From positions 130,510,001 to 130,574,000 of the forward strand of contig NC_043001.1 of NCBI RefSeq assembly GCF_006345805.1: a DNA stretch of 64,000 nucleotides. Direction: 5' to 3'. The notes under the pieces are model-generated. The model did no database searches. It was not told the origin of the DNA and saw only the letters and a list, made by a program, of their open reading frames with translations. The stretch comes from Octopus sinensis. Its lineage: Eukaryota. Positions within the stretch are counted from its first letter, which is position 1; each line of letters begins with the position of its first letter. Made by a program: the position numbers and the translations under genes. Below are positions 40,824 to 55,030 of this stretch, piece by piece.

Positions 40824-41394
40824 ATGACAACAATGATGACAATGGCGATGACAAAAAAAATTATTGCTGTGTGATTATTTATTTAGATATTTTCCTCATC
40901 ATTTCACTAATTATTTTCTGAAATGATTTTAATTTTTAATTTTTTTTTTGCTGATATTTAAAAATAAGTTTTTAAAATATTTTTTTTTTCTTCCAAAATG
41001 TGTGTAGGGTATCTGTATGTGTTTGTATGTGGTTGAGGACTCACAGCAACCAAGGTGTTGAGAAGGAAATTGTCTGTATTTTATTGAAAGATCAACACAA
41101 GATTATGGAAATTTTAACACAAAGTTCCCTTGTACTTTACTTCATTCATTCATAGTTGTAGAATTGTCCGGATTTGTTGTTACATAGTTGAAATAGTTCT
41201 TTCTGTAATCTCTTAAAAATCACTAAACAATATTTTTGCTAAAATTAACCGGTGATTTGCATGACAAGACACATCACTGAAATTAAATAATTTACAATAT
41301 TTAGCTCCATACCTGTGCATTCTGAGTTCAAATTGCACTTTATGCTCATTCGTCTAGGATTAATTGAAAATGCCAATAACAACGACAATAACAA

Positions 41395-41873
41395 TCCTTT
41401 CTATTATAGGGACGAGGCCTGAAATTTGCAAGTAGGGGGTAAGTTGATTACCTAGACCCCAGTGCATAACTGGTACTTATTTAATTGACCCTGAAAGGAT
41501 AAAAAGCAAAGTTGATCTCAGCGGAATTTGAACACTGAATGTAAAGACAGAAATACCACTGAGCATTTTGCTCTGCTTACACTAACAATTGTGCCAGCTC
41601 ACCACCATAATAATAATAATAATGATAATAAAGATATTATTATTAATGTTTAAGGTAACAAGATGGCAGAATTGTTAGCACGCTGGGTGAAAAGCTTAGC
41701 GGTATTTCTCCCATTGCTACATTCTGAGTTCAAACTCCACCGAGGCTGACTTTACCTTTCATCCTTTTGGGGTTGATAAATTAAGTACCAGTAAAAGACT
41801 AGTGTCAATGTAATTGACTCCACACTTGCCTCCAAAACTGCTGCCCTTGTGGCAAAATTTGAAGCCATCATCA

Positions 41874-41910
<37 letters not shown>

Positions 41911-42130
41911 TGTTTAAGGTGGTGAACTGGCAGAACTATTAGCATACCAGGCAAAATGCTTAGTGGCATTCCATATGTCCTCATGTTCTGAGTTCAAATT
42001 CCACTGAGGTCAACTTTGCCTTTCATCCTTTTGAGGTCAAGGAAATAGGTACCAGTGGAACACCGGAGTTGGTAAAATCGACAATCCCCCTACCCCAAAT
42101 TTCAGGCTTTGTGCTTGTAGTAGAAATTAT
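41395..42130. mobile_element. Cluster of three diverged SINE family A copies (one minus, two plus)
   Basis: Family A core seen at about 41395-41610 (-), 41650-41870 (+) and 41925-42125 (+). Confidence 0.7.
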
Positions 42131-42758
42131 TATTATTATTATTTTTGTTATTATTATCCTTTCAACTATAGGTACAAGGCATGACATTTTGGAGGCAGAT
42201 CCTATTTTCTGTCTAAATCACTTGGTTTGCAGCAGGGGTCCACATGGCCCCTCAGGGTCCATATTAGAGTTTGAGGGTCCATGCAACACGATAATACATT
42301 GGGGATAAACAATAGTATTTTAAGGGCTCCTAAAAAAAAGTTTGCTTTAGTTGTATGTATTGCAAGAAACAGCAAGGTTTCTGTCTCTAACATTTTACAT
42401 AGTTCAACCTATGCAAGTTAATGTGTGAAAAGCAAAATAGGAATTTTGAATGAAGTTTGTATAAAACTGGATTTTATACAGTAAATGGTTAAGGGAATCC
42501 ACCAGAATAAAATAGTACTCAAAGGGATCCATAGGTCAAAAATTGTTTGAAAACCCCTGGTCTAAAGCACATTTCTTTTAGAATTGGTGATGAAGTTGAC
42601 CTAACTCATATTCTTAAACAATTTATAAAATTTGACTCTCTTGCAACTGTTTTTATGGGATTAGCATTCAGGAACTTCAATGGGGTGTTGATTATGATTA
42701 GAGAAACTAGTTAATATTTGTCTCATATATTTCTTACATCTAAATGACAGCAATATCA

Positions 42759-42930
42759 TCATCATCATCATCATCATCCTTTTGTGTCCGTTTTCCATGC
42801 TAGCATGGGTTGGATGGTTCAACTGGGGGTCTGTGAAGTCGGAAGGCTTCATCAGGCCCAGTCAGATCTGGCAGTGTTTCTACGGCTGGATGCCCTTCCT
42901 AACGCCAACCACTCCGTGAGTGTAGTGGGT
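42759..42930 (-). mobile_element. SINE-like family D, 3' part
   Basis: (ATC)n + ccgttttccatgctagcatgggttggatgg...cccttcctaacgccaacc. Confidence 0.8.
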
Positions 42931-43149
42931 GATAAAATATTTCTCTGAAACAAGGATAATTTTCTAAAATATATCGATAACTGTCATGCAATACTTTTGA
43001 AATAACAGTGAAATTTTGATAACTAAAGGAATTCAGTTTAAATTTTTACTTTGACTGTTATAATTAGATATGAAAGTTTGATGTTCATTCATTTTAGGTG
43101 TGTCATTTGTGATTTCCTTCAATCATGATTCATATTAACTGCATCTGAT

Positions 43150-43870
43150 GCAATGATACACAGAATCATTTGCATATTCCAATAATCTTCTATGTCTGTA
43201 CAAATCTGTTTTATTCCCAAAAATCGAGACTTTGGATTTGACTTAATTGATTAACAAAATGATGATGAAGACAAATGTGGAATGGTATGAGTTTGCAAAG
43301 TAGTTGTCACTAAGTAGCCTTCTATAAACCTAAATTTCATGTGCAAAAAACATTTATGCTAGGTTTTGAAAGACAAGACAAGAATTTTATATTGGATGTA
43401 AAGCTAGAGATGTGTGTGAATCGGTCACAGAAATACAAAAATTCAACAAGATGGTCCTATATTCTTTCCTATAGAAAAAGATGTCATCAGAGAATTGTAA
43501 CTAGAGTATTGATTTCTGTAGTGTTTTAATGACAAGATGATATTAACCAAATTAACTACTATGGAGGTACCATTGACACATCCCTTTTATCTGATGGTAA
43601 AATTTTTGCTTAAATTCCACAGTGTTGCTTTGTAGCAAACTTCAATAATCTATTGGAGAATTTGAGATAAGTCTTGCTCAACCATTTTTCAAAGGCATCT
43701 CTGCATATTTTCATCCTTTCATCACTGTCAATGTCTGTGTAAAGTGAAGAAACATCAGTGGATATCAAAATGCAGTTTCCAAAACTATTTTGGCACTTAG
43801 GAAAATTGTTAATTTTGGAAACAAAATTCAAAAGTATGCCCATCAACATTGATAACAAAAAATTAAGTAG
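43150..43870 (-). mobile_element. Decayed Penelope-like reverse transcriptase fragment
   Basis: LISTDVSSLYTDI (RT motif A, in ORF 43610-44002), a frameshifted QIK-G..NGTS motif B, RFIEG (decayed RFIDD) and TDLYR. Confidence 0.6.
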
Positions 43871-46783
43871 AGAGCAAAATAAGAAACTATAAATATATTT
43901 ATTAAAGTTTAATTTCTGTGTATAATGATCTGTTAAGAGTTTTACTAATGATTTACTTTGGTCTCTTAAAATATATTTCTTCTGACAAGGAAGAAAGAAC
44001 AAAAAACAAAACAGAATATTTTATCAAGAATGAATAGATAAATAAATAAATAAATAAATAAACCAGAAGAAAGATAAATCTTGTACTACATATAAATATA
44101 ATAATTACTTTAATAGGTAGCTGTCTTTAGAAGCGAAGACATTTAATAGCCAGTTGAACCAGGAAATTATAAATTTTTTTTCCAAGAAATATGTGTCAAT
44201 CTGAAGCAAAAAAAAAAAAAAGAAACGGCAAAAAAAGAAAAACAAATACAAAAGTTTAAAGGTAATCTGTGATATCTAAATTATTATCAATTAATAAAGA
44301 AATAGGTGAATAAATAAGTGAAACAAAGAGGGAATGATTAAATAAATATATGATCAATAAATAACTAAAGTATAAAATTGGTAAGAAGTTCTCCTATTTC
44401 TCACTGAAAATTAAACCTATTTCAATAAGATGTTTTAGTTTGCTTATTTTTCATTTTTTTCTTTCCTCAAGTTTTCCCAGTAGCATATTAATGAAAATGG
44501 ATATATCAACATCATTTTAGAAAAGACAGAAACACACACACACATACTTACACTCATACACACATAAACACACACAATCACTCACACACAATAACACACT
44601 CAATCACACACGCATTATTCTATCTTTGTTGAATTTGGCTCAGTCAAAGACAACTGTTTTTCACATTTAGCACTCAATACATGATGCAAATGTAGAAGTT
44701 TATATTCTTTTAAGTCTTAAATAAAAGAGCAGAAGCATATACACATGCACACATACATGTATTGGAATATGTGAAGTATGTATGTATGTATGTATGGCCC
44801 AGCAAATAATGAAAACAACAATGTATGATCTGTCCAACCCATTTCAAATATGAACTCTCAAAAACAGTCAACATTGTCACTGATGATGACAAAAACAATG
44901 ACGGCGATGGCGATGATAAAAATGATGATGATGATGGTAGTTACAGCAATGGTGATAGTAGTGATGGTGATGGGAATCCTGAAGCCAGTGGTAAAGGTAA
45001 CAGCAATTGTGTATGCAATAATGCAATCCCTTAATGGTATCAACTTTGGTTAAACAGACCCTTATTTCCATCACTTTGTTTCACTTGGTGGCTCTTTTTG
45101 CCATCACCTTATTTCATCTCTGTTCTTTCATGATTCAAAGGTACAAGCTGAAACATTTGAAAATGCAAGATTACAGAAGAAAAGGAACAGAGAACAAAAG
45201 AAAATCCTATTGCATTCTACATGAAGGAACTGCAAGACCTATCACATTATAAGACATCAGACGAGGCACAAATCAATGGCAAATAAAACCAGAGACTCTC
45301 TGGTCTTCATTGCAAGACATTAGACATTACTGCTACATGGAAAGTTACATCTTTACAACTGAGTAGGATTTAGAATTCCAGCAATAACTAACATAATGTA
45401 GAATGTGATGGTTACTAAGGTTTTCCTCATCTTTCTTGTGGGGTTTTGTGCTTAAAGGATCTGGAGAAATAAGCAGTGTCCAAGGCCATCACCAGCACTT
45501 TGAGCTCTTACTTTCTAACTTCTTGACTTTTCTATTGCTTCTATGAAGGCCTCTGTGCTTCAAATCTGGCGAACCTCATACAACCTACACTCAGATACTT
45601 CCAAGTAACTCAGTGCTACTCATCTCTATGGTGACAGCGATGCCATTAATGTCCCACTTAATGTGTTGTGTGTCAATACCAGCAAGAAAGACATTGACAT
45701 GGAGGGAATTACAGAGAGTCAGGGAAGAAAGATATGGGTATAAAAGTGGTCAAGGCAAAGCTTGGGAGTTGTTAGGGTGATGAGAGAAAAAAGAATTGAG
45801 TGATGAAAGAGAGAGAAAGTGAGAAACAGAGAGACAGACAAATGCAAAGAGAGAAAGTAAGAAATAGAGACAGACAGACAGACAGAGGGAGAGATGAGTT
45901 AGGACTGTCTCTGAGTGGAGGGCCAGCATTGAAGGACAGAGACCATGAAAGCTGCAGTGTTAGAAGCAAGAAACTAAATTGTTATAGAGATGGGAGAAAA
46001 AAAAAGCAATAAGAGGAGAGATACTGATGCAGAGCTGTTACTGACAATGACGATGATGATGATGAAAACGACAATGATGATGATGATGATACTGAAGATT
46101 ATGATAGTAATTGGTTGTGAGATATCATACAAATTCACTGTAAAGTAAGACAGTTTTCCCATACATCTGTAACCATAGTAGCCAAAGTCACGCATTTATA
46201 ACATACACACATATACAGATATATATATACATAAATGCATGAATATATTCACACACATGCATACTTGCAAACATACATATATTAATACATATATACATAT
46301 ACACATAAATACATGAATATATTCACACGCATCCATACTTATAAACATACATATAGCCATACACACATACACATCTATCTATCTATCTATCTATCTAACT
46401 ATATATATTGATATTGATATATATATATAATATATATATATATATTATATATATATATAATATATATATATAATATAATATACAATATATTTATACATAT
46501 GTATGTACATGCTAATGTGTGTATGTTCATGTACTTGTCTATATATACAATCTCATCACCACCACCAAGCGAATGTAAGTCAAACTCCCACAGAGACAGC
46601 TGTTTACATCCTACTTTGATACCAATCACTCTACCGGAAAGAGACGATCAGCAGATCAGAGTCATAAATATTTATTTATCGGCCGGGCATTCGATATCAA
46701 ATCCTGACCTATAGTTATGACAGATGTAGATGAAGGTATCACACATACACACACACACATCCCACACACATCCATGTCATGTG

Positions 46784-46830
<47 letters not shown>

Positions 46831-47133
46831 TTATATTATTACTTATATTTGTATTTATATCAATAATTTATCTATCTATATGTATATCTATACATACATA
46901 CATATATATACACACACACATGTACAAATATTTTCGCCGATGCATCAGTATAACAGAGAATGTATGTGTATATCTTAATGTATATCTACATATACGTGAT
47001 CTATTAAATGCATATGTATTTATCTATATGTTATCTATCACAGACAAATGTAAATACTTACATATCGCATATCACACACACACACATAATACATAAGTAT
47101 TATCTTAATATGATCTGAACATAGATATTGCAC

Positions 47134-47179
<46 letters not shown>

Positions 47180-47599
47180 ATATATATATACATACACATA
47201 TACATATGTATATATACATATACATAAATATATATACATATACATAAATATATATATGTACACACACATATGCATAAATATATAGGTGCATGTGTATATG
47301 TACATATATTGGGTATATATATATATATATATATATATATAAGTTTAACAATTAAGGATAATCTCTTAATAAGGGATCTTAACAAGAAATTATCAGGCAG
47401 CTAGCGTGAAAACCTCATAAAAGAAAAGAATTCGAAAATAATTTTTTCTTTTGAACAAATAATTATATCTATATTGTATAGAGGGCATTATTACACATAA
47501 ATGCCTCACACTAAGAGGGACAAAGTCATTACTACCAAAATTATACTAATCATACCCAAATGCAGTTTTTCAAAGCAAGACATTTAAAAAAATGAATTT

Positions 47600-47658
47600 A
47601 GTTCTGTATCACCGTGATTTCACATTCAACTTTACGTCTTATGATCCTCAGCAGAACT
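47600..47658 (-). ncRNA. Type I hammerhead ribozyme, family 2 (left arm)
   Basis: Reverse complement of the motif at 49406-49464; further copies at about 48086-48143 (1-nt deletion in helix I) and 48561-48619. Confidence 0.88.
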
Positions 47659-49405
47659 GATTCTGAAACATCATAAATAAACTACCAACCTTACGTAGCG
47701 AAGACGAACAGACAACTGTTCACTCCGGCCAAGCACATGGAATGTTTATAAATCATATATCCGGTAAATGGCGGGCTTTTTACGAACTGCATGTCGGGTA
47801 ATGAAAAGTATTTCGGAATAAGTTTAACAATTAAGGATAATCTCTTAATAAGGGATCTTAACAAGAAATTATCAGGCAGCTAGCGTGAAAACCTCATAAA
47901 AGAAAAGAATTCGAAAATAATTTTTTCTTTTGAACAAATTAATTATATCTATATTGTATAGAGGGCATTATTACACATAAATGCCTCACACTAAGAGGGA
48001 CAAAGTCATTACTACCAAAATTATACTAATCATAATCATACCCAAATGCAGTTTTTCAAAGCAAGACATTTAAAAAAATGAATTTAGTTCTGTATCACCG
48101 TGATTTCACATTCAACTTTACGTCTTATGATCCTCAGCAGACTGATTCTGAACACATCATAAATAAACTACCAACCTTACGTAGCGAAGACGAACAGACA
48201 ACTGTTCACTCCGGCCAAGCACATGAATGTTTATAAATCATATATCCGTAATGGCGGGCTTTTTACGAACTGCATGTCGGGTAATGAAAAGTATTTCGGA
48301 ATAAGTTAACAATTAAGGATAATCTCTTAATAAGGGATCTTAACAAGAAATTATCAGGCAGCTAGCGTGAAAACCTCATAAAAGAAAAGAATTCGAAAAT
48401 AATTTTTTTCTTTTGAACAAATTAATTATATCTATATTGTATAGAGGGCATTATACACATAAATGCCTCACACTAAGAGGGACAAAGCCATTACTACCAA
48501 AATTATACTAATCATACCCAAATGCAGTTTTTCAAAGCAAGACATTAAAAAAATGAATTTAGTTCTGTATCACCGTGATTTCACATTCAACTTTACGTCT
48601 TATGATCCTCAGCAGAACTGATTCTGAACACATCATAAATAAACTACCAACCTTACGTAGCGAAGACGAACAGACAACTGTTCACTCCGGCCAAGCACAT
48701 GGATGTTTATAATCATATATCCGGTAAATGGCGGGCTTTTTACGAACTGCATGTCGGGTAATGAAAAGTATTTCGGATAAGTTTAACAATTAAGGATAAT
48801 CTCTTAATAAGGGATCTTAACAAGAAATTATCAGGCAGCTAGCGTGAAAACCTCATAAAAGAAAAGAATTCGAAAATAATTTTTTCTTTTGAACAAATTA
48901 ATTATATCTATATTGTATAGAGGGCATTATTACACATAAATGCCTCACACTAAGAGGGACAAAGTCATTACTACCAAAATTATACTAATCATACCCAAAT
49001 GCAGTTTTTCAAAGCAAGACATTTAAAAAAATGAATTTAGTTCTGTATCACCGTGACTTTGTCCCTCTTAGTGTGAGGCATTTATGTGTAATAATGCCCT
49101 CTATACAATATAGATATAATTAATTTGTTCAAAAGAAAAAAATTATTTTCGAATTCTTTTCTTTTATGAGGTTTTCACGCTAGCTGCCTGATAATTTCTT
49201 GTTAAGATCCCTTATTAAGAGATTATCCTTAATTGTTAAACTTATTCCGAAATACTTTTCATTACCCGACATGCAGTTCGTAAAAAGCCCGCCATTTACC
49301 GGATATATGATTTATAAACATTCCATGTGCTTGGCCGGAGTGAACAGTTGTCTGTTCGTCTTCGCTACGTAAGGTTGGTAGTTTATTTATGATGTGTTCA
49401 GAATC

Positions 49406-49464
49406 AGTTCTGCTGAGGATCATAAGACGTAAAGTTGAATGTGAAATCACGGTGATACAGAACT
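49406..49464 (+). ncRNA. Type I hammerhead ribozyme, family 2 (right arm); predicted cleavage after A49457
   Basis: agttctg-CTGAGGA-t-cat aa gac gtaaa gtt ga atg-t-GAA-ATCAC g GTGAT-A-cagaact: 7-bp helix I, canonical core, AUA triplet. Copies at 49886-49944, 50367-50425, 50849-50907 and 51329-51386. Confidence 0.9.
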
Positions 49465-51943
49465 AAATTCATTTTTTTAAATGTCTTGCTTTGAAAAACT
49501 GCATTGGGTATGATTAGTATAATTTTGGTAGTAATGACTTTGTCCCTCTTAGTGTGAGGCATTTATGTGTAATAATGCCCTCTATACAATATAGATATAA
49601 TTAATTTGTTCAAAAGAAAAAAATTATTTTCGAATTCTTTTCTTTTATGAGGTTTTCACGCTAGCGCCTGATAATTTCTTGTTAAGATCCCTTATTAAGA
49701 GATTATCCTTAATTGTTAAACTTATTCCGAAATACTTTTCATTACCCGACATGCAGTTCGTAAAAAGCCCGCCATTTACCGGATATATGATTTATAAACA
49801 TTCCATGTGCTTGGCCGGAGTGAGCAGTTGTCTGTTCGTCTTCGCTACGTAAGGTTGGTAGTTTATTTATGATGTGTTCAGAATCAGTTCTGCTGAGGAT
49901 CATAAGACGTAAAGTTGAATGTGAAATCACGGTGATACAGAACTAAATTCATTTTTTAAATGTCTTGCTTTGAAAAACTGCATTTGGGTATGATTAGTAT
50001 AATTTTGGTAGTAATGACTTTGTCCCTCTTAGTGTGAGGCATTTATGTGTAATAATGCCCTCTATACAATATAGATATAATTAATTTGTTCAAAAGAAAA
50101 AAATTATTTTCGAATTCTTTTCTTTTATGAGGTTTTCACGCTAGCTGCCTGATAATTTCTTGTTAAGATCCCTTATTAAGAGATTATCCTTAATTGTTAA
50201 ACTTATTCCGAAATACTTTTCATTACCCGACATGCAGTTCGTAAAAAGCCCGCCATTTACCGGATATATGATTATAAAACATTCCATGTGCTTGGCCGGA
50301 GTGAACAGTTGTCTGTTCGTCTTCGCTACGTAAGGTTGGTAGTTTATTTATGATGTGTTCAGAATCAGTTCTGCTGAGGATCATAAGACGTAAAGTTGAA
50401 TGTGAAATCACGGTGATACAGAACTAAATTCATTTTTTTAAATGTCTTGCTTTGAAAAACTGCATTTGGGTATGATTAGTATAATTTTGGTAGTAGTAAT
50501 GACTTTGTCCCTCTTAGTGTGAGGCATTTATGTGTAATAATGCCCTCTATACAATATAGATATAATTAATTGTTCAAAAGAAAAAAATTATTTTCGAATT
50601 CTTTTCTTTTATGAGGTTTTCACGCTAGCTGCCTGATAATTTCTTGTTAAGATCCCTTATTAAGAGATTATCCTTAATTGTTAAACTTATTCCGAAATAC
50701 TTTTCATTACCGACATGCAGTTCGTAAAAAGCCCGCCATTTACCGGATATATGATTTATAAACATTCCATGTGCTTGGCCGGAGTGAACAGTTGTCTGTT
50801 CGTCTTCGCTACGTAAGGTGGTAGTTTATTTATGATGTGTTCAGAATCAGTTCTGCTGAGGATCATAAGACGTAAAGTTGAATGTGAAATCACGGTGATA
50901 CAGAACTAAATTCATTTTTTTAAATGTCTTGCTTTGAAAAACTGCATTTGGGTATGATTAGTATAATTTTGGTAGTAATGACTTTGTCCCTCTTAGTGTG
51001 AGGCATTTATGTGTAATAATGCCCTCTATACAATATAGATATAATTAATTTGTTCAAAAGAAAAAAATTATTTTCGAATTCTTTTCTTTTATGAGGTTTT
51101 CACGCTAGCTGCCTGATAATTTCTTGTTAAGATCCCTTATTAAGAGATTATCCTTAATTGTTAAACTTATTCCGAAATACTTTTCATTACCCGACATGCA
51201 GTTCGTAAAAAGCCCGCCATTTACCGGATATATGATTTATAAACATTCCATGTGCTGGCCGGAGTGAACAGTTGTCTGTTCGTCTTCGCTACGTAAGGTT
51301 GGTAGTTTATTTATGATGTGTCAGAATCAGTTCTGCTGAGGATCATAAGACGTAAGTTGAATGTGAAATCACGGTGATACAGAACTAAATTCATTTTTTT
51401 AATGTCTTGCTTTGAAAAACTGCATTTGGGTATGATTAGTATAATTTTGGTAGTAATGACTTTGTCCCTCTTAGTGTGAGGCATTTATGTGTAATAATGC
51501 CCTCTATACAATATAGATATATATATATATATATATATATATTCATTTTAATATGTCTCATCTTTCTAAATGGACAGAGACACGAGAGCAAATTCCTATT
51601 TACTCGCTACTGCTATTGATTGTACAGGCCATAATAATGATGATGGTGGTGCTGGCAATGGTGGTGTTGGTGTTAGTGGTGGTGGTTGTGGTAGTGGGTA
51701 GTGGGTGGCTGGCAGTGTAGGGATGATGACGATGAGGACGTCGACGTTGATGGTGCATGTATGTGTTATAAGGTTGGATAAAGATAAAAATGGAAATGAA
51801 ACAGCTGACCAATGCTAGTTGCTATGTAATTCTTAGATCAAAGCAACAATCTTCACTGATTGCTTTACATACATACAAGTGCATGCCTGAGTGTGCACTC
51901 GCACAGTGTAACACACACATAGATATATATGTATGCATTATAC

Positions 51944-51986
<43 letters not shown>

Positions 51987-52151
51987 TATGTATATATATC
52001 CATAATGGCAGAGCCCCAGCATGGTTTAAGCCCATAGGCTAGAACTTAGTAGAAGAGTAAAAGCATAAATGCATAAAATATATTCACCATATATGTATGT
52101 ATGTATGTATGTATGTATATATATATACATATATATAATATATATATATAT

Positions 52152-52182
<31 letters not shown>

Positions 52183-52224
52183 GACAAACACAAATATGTA
52201 TTTATATACATATATAAACGTATA

Positions 52225-52264
<40 letters not shown>

Positions 52265-52815
52265 ATATATATATATAATAATATATATATATATATATAT
52301 ATACATATATATTAATCATAATATATACATACACACACACATATTATAAATCTATAATATAAATTCTTGGTAATCTATATTGATCTTTCTGTAATTACCA
52401 AAAAAAAAAAAGAAAAACGGAGATAATAATAATAATAATAATAATGATAACAACAACGACAACAACATCATAAAACTACTCCCATTTAAACTTATTCTGG
52501 TGACAGAGTTTTTGTTGGTTTAAGGTGCTGAATTCCTAACGCAAATTTCCTGACTCCAAAGCCTCTCTAGCACCAGGAAAATATTTCTACTGTAGAACTG
52601 AAATAGCTGGATAGGTATGCAAACAGATGGGACTTTGGAGCTCATCAGAGTTGAGTTCAAAACCTACTGATCCTATTTTGATGTATATTTAACCTAGTCA
52701 TCTCTGGGCATAGGGAGACAACTGTGTGCATTGATGAACCCCCTCAGAACACATAAACACACACGTTTCAATAAAAATGAACTGAATGAAAACTTTTGAA
52801 CAGAATCAACAACAA

Positions 52816-53158
52816 GTCCCACTGCGTGGCACCTTGGACAAGTGTCTTCTACTACTGCCCTGGGCCGACCAAAGCCTTGTGAGTGGATTTAGTAGACAGA
52901 AACTGAAAGAAGCCCGTCGTATATATGTATATATATGTATGTGTATATGTTTGTGTGTCTATGTTTGTCCCCGCCAACATTGCTTGACGACCGATGTACG
53001 TCCCCGTAACTTAGCGGTTCAGAAAAAGAGACCGATAGAATAAGTACTAGGCTTACAAAGAATAAGTCCTGGTGTCGATTTGATTGACTAAAAAAAGGGT
53101 GGTGCTCCAGCATGGCCTCAGTCAAATGACTGAAACAAGTAAAAGAGTAAAAGAGTAA
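52816..53158 (+). mobile_element. SINE family B, 5'-truncated
   Basis: Match to 22842-23250 from gtcccactgcgtggcacc onward. Confidence 0.8.
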
Positions 53159-54112
53159 ATCCAGAATATTATCTGGAACTGGTGCTATCAGAACATCAGT
53201 TTGATGCCTGTTTTCCATGCTGGCTTGACATGGATGAGTTCTTATGATCTGAGTCATTTCCTATTGAGAACCATTCCTGTCACAGTTGGATTGATATTTG
53301 TATGTATCCTTTTGGCTAGCTTTCTATAGCAGGAAGCCCTTATGGAGTGTACTGGGTGCATTTTCTCACGACACCAACTCTAGAGATGTTAATAAGTCCT
53401 CGGTAAAACACAATTAAAAGCATGTTGTAGTGCAGTGCTTTCTTTTTCTGTTTGTTTGCCATCCATTTCACAGTACGCACATTTTCATGGCACCAGCACA
53501 AGAGAGGTTGTCAAACCCTCAGTGAGAAAGGACTGCTCACTCACCAATCCCAATGAATATTGTGCAAGATGGATAAGGCTTCCTTTCACAGCACCAACAC
53601 ATGAAACTTGTACATTGTAAGTACAGAGAGTGTTCAATAACCTAAGCCATGCACTTCCATTCAAGTTAGGTACCCAATGAGGGGAACAGGAGAGGGAACT
53701 ATGTTAAAGGTACATGCGCCTGTAGAGTGGTCAGCTACTTGCATGTTAATTTCACAACCAGGCTGTTTCATTGATCGGATCAAATGGGAATCTGATGAAG
53801 TGCCAGCTGTGATCTGTGTTATAATATTGCATGCTGATTGCAATGGACAAATGGTATGAAGTTAGAGATTACATAATACATGAACTATATCATGTGTTGT
53901 AATAGTGGGTGGTAATAGTATAGATATAGTGTTACAAATGTGTAATGTATGAGCTGCACAGGTTGTTATTATGCACTTTAGTCACAGGTAGTGACTGAGT
54001 AAAACATAATTTGTATGGGTTCCATGATATAGGTGGTGCTATTAAGTTAGACATGGCCTGGGCCAATAATGGCCGAAACCTATCAAAGTATCAAAGTATC
54101 AAAGTATATATA

Positions 54113-54292
54113 TCATCATCATCATCATCATCATTTAGCGTCCGCTTTCCATGGTAGCATGGGTTGGACGGTTCAACTGGGGTCTGTGAAGCCAGAAGGC
54201 TGCATCAGGCCCAGTCTGATCTGGCAGTGTTTCTATGGCTGGATGCCCTTCCTAACGCCAACCACTCCGTGAGTGTAGTGGGTGCTTTTTAC
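54113..54292 (-). mobile_element. SINE-like family D, 3' part
   Basis: (ATC)n + ttagcgtccgctttccatggtagcatggg...gtgggtgcttttt. Confidence 0.8.
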
Positions 54293-54337
<45 letters not shown>

Positions 54338-54365
54338 AAAATATAACATATATATATAATATACA

Positions 54366-54486
54366 AGGCTTTGGTTGGTCCGAGGCTATAGTAGAAGACA
54401 TTTGCCCATGGTGCCATGCAGTGGGACTGAACCCAGAACCATGTGGCTGGTAAGCAAGCTACTTACCACACAGCCACTCCTACGCC
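54366..54486 (-). mobile_element. SINE family B head
   Basis: Reverse complement of ggcgtaggagtggctgtgtggtaag...ggcaccatgggcaaatg. Confidence 0.8.
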
Positions 54487-54707
54487 TATGAACTTTTCAG
54501 CTGACTGGAGTCAATTTCTTTGAGTAAAATCCTTCAAGGCAGTGCTCCGGCATGACCATGATCCACTGACTGAAGCGAGTGAAAGATAAAAGACGTAGCT
54601 CGATCGGAGTAGACCTGGCCCTAGGGTTAAATAAACAATAGCAATAAGCTATATCTTTGAACATATGCCAACAGAACAGGAGCTGGCCAGGTACTATACA
54701 ACAACCA

Positions 54708-54746
54708 CTGCTGCTACCACCACCACCACTACTACTACCACTACTG

Positions 54747-54807
<61 letters not shown>

Positions 54808-54809
54808 CG

Positions 54810-54882
<73 letters not shown>

Positions 54883-54884
54883 CG

Positions 54885-54921
<37 letters not shown>

Positions 54922-54950
54922 TACTACTACTACCACTACTACTACTACTG

Positions 54951-55017
<67 letters not shown>

Positions 55018-55030
55018 CACTATCACCAGC
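54708..55030. repeat. (CTA)n/(CCA)n trinucleotide microsatellite of about 320 bp
   Basis: Direct reading. Confidence 0.95.

Larger units (their letters stand above)
47341..51521. mobile_element. Fold-back tandem array of a 480-bp hammerhead-containing monomer (retrozyme-like family 2): about 3.6 units, inversion at 49054-49056, then about 5.1 inverted units
   Basis: The aagtt(t)aacaattaagg unit start recurs at 47341, 47820, 48303 and 48779; reverse-complement units continue to 51521; (TA)n on both flanks. Confidence 0.92.

Noticed and set aside
45420-45720. Possible minus-strand LINE RT relic
   Set aside because: Only a vague YL(G/E)-like similarity; too decayed to support.
49262-50411. Repeated 62-aa ORF MISHSTLRL...
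   Set aside because: By-product of the 480-bp repeat, non-ATG start, antisense to the ribozyme strand, no domain.
47341-51521. CRISPR array or ordinary satellite
   Set aside because: No unique spacers and a eukaryotic context; the single polar inversion and hammerhead argue against a plain satellite.
54055-54090. ggcc-aataat-ggcc-GAAAC half-hammerhead
   Set aside because: The CUGANGA core is missing upstream.
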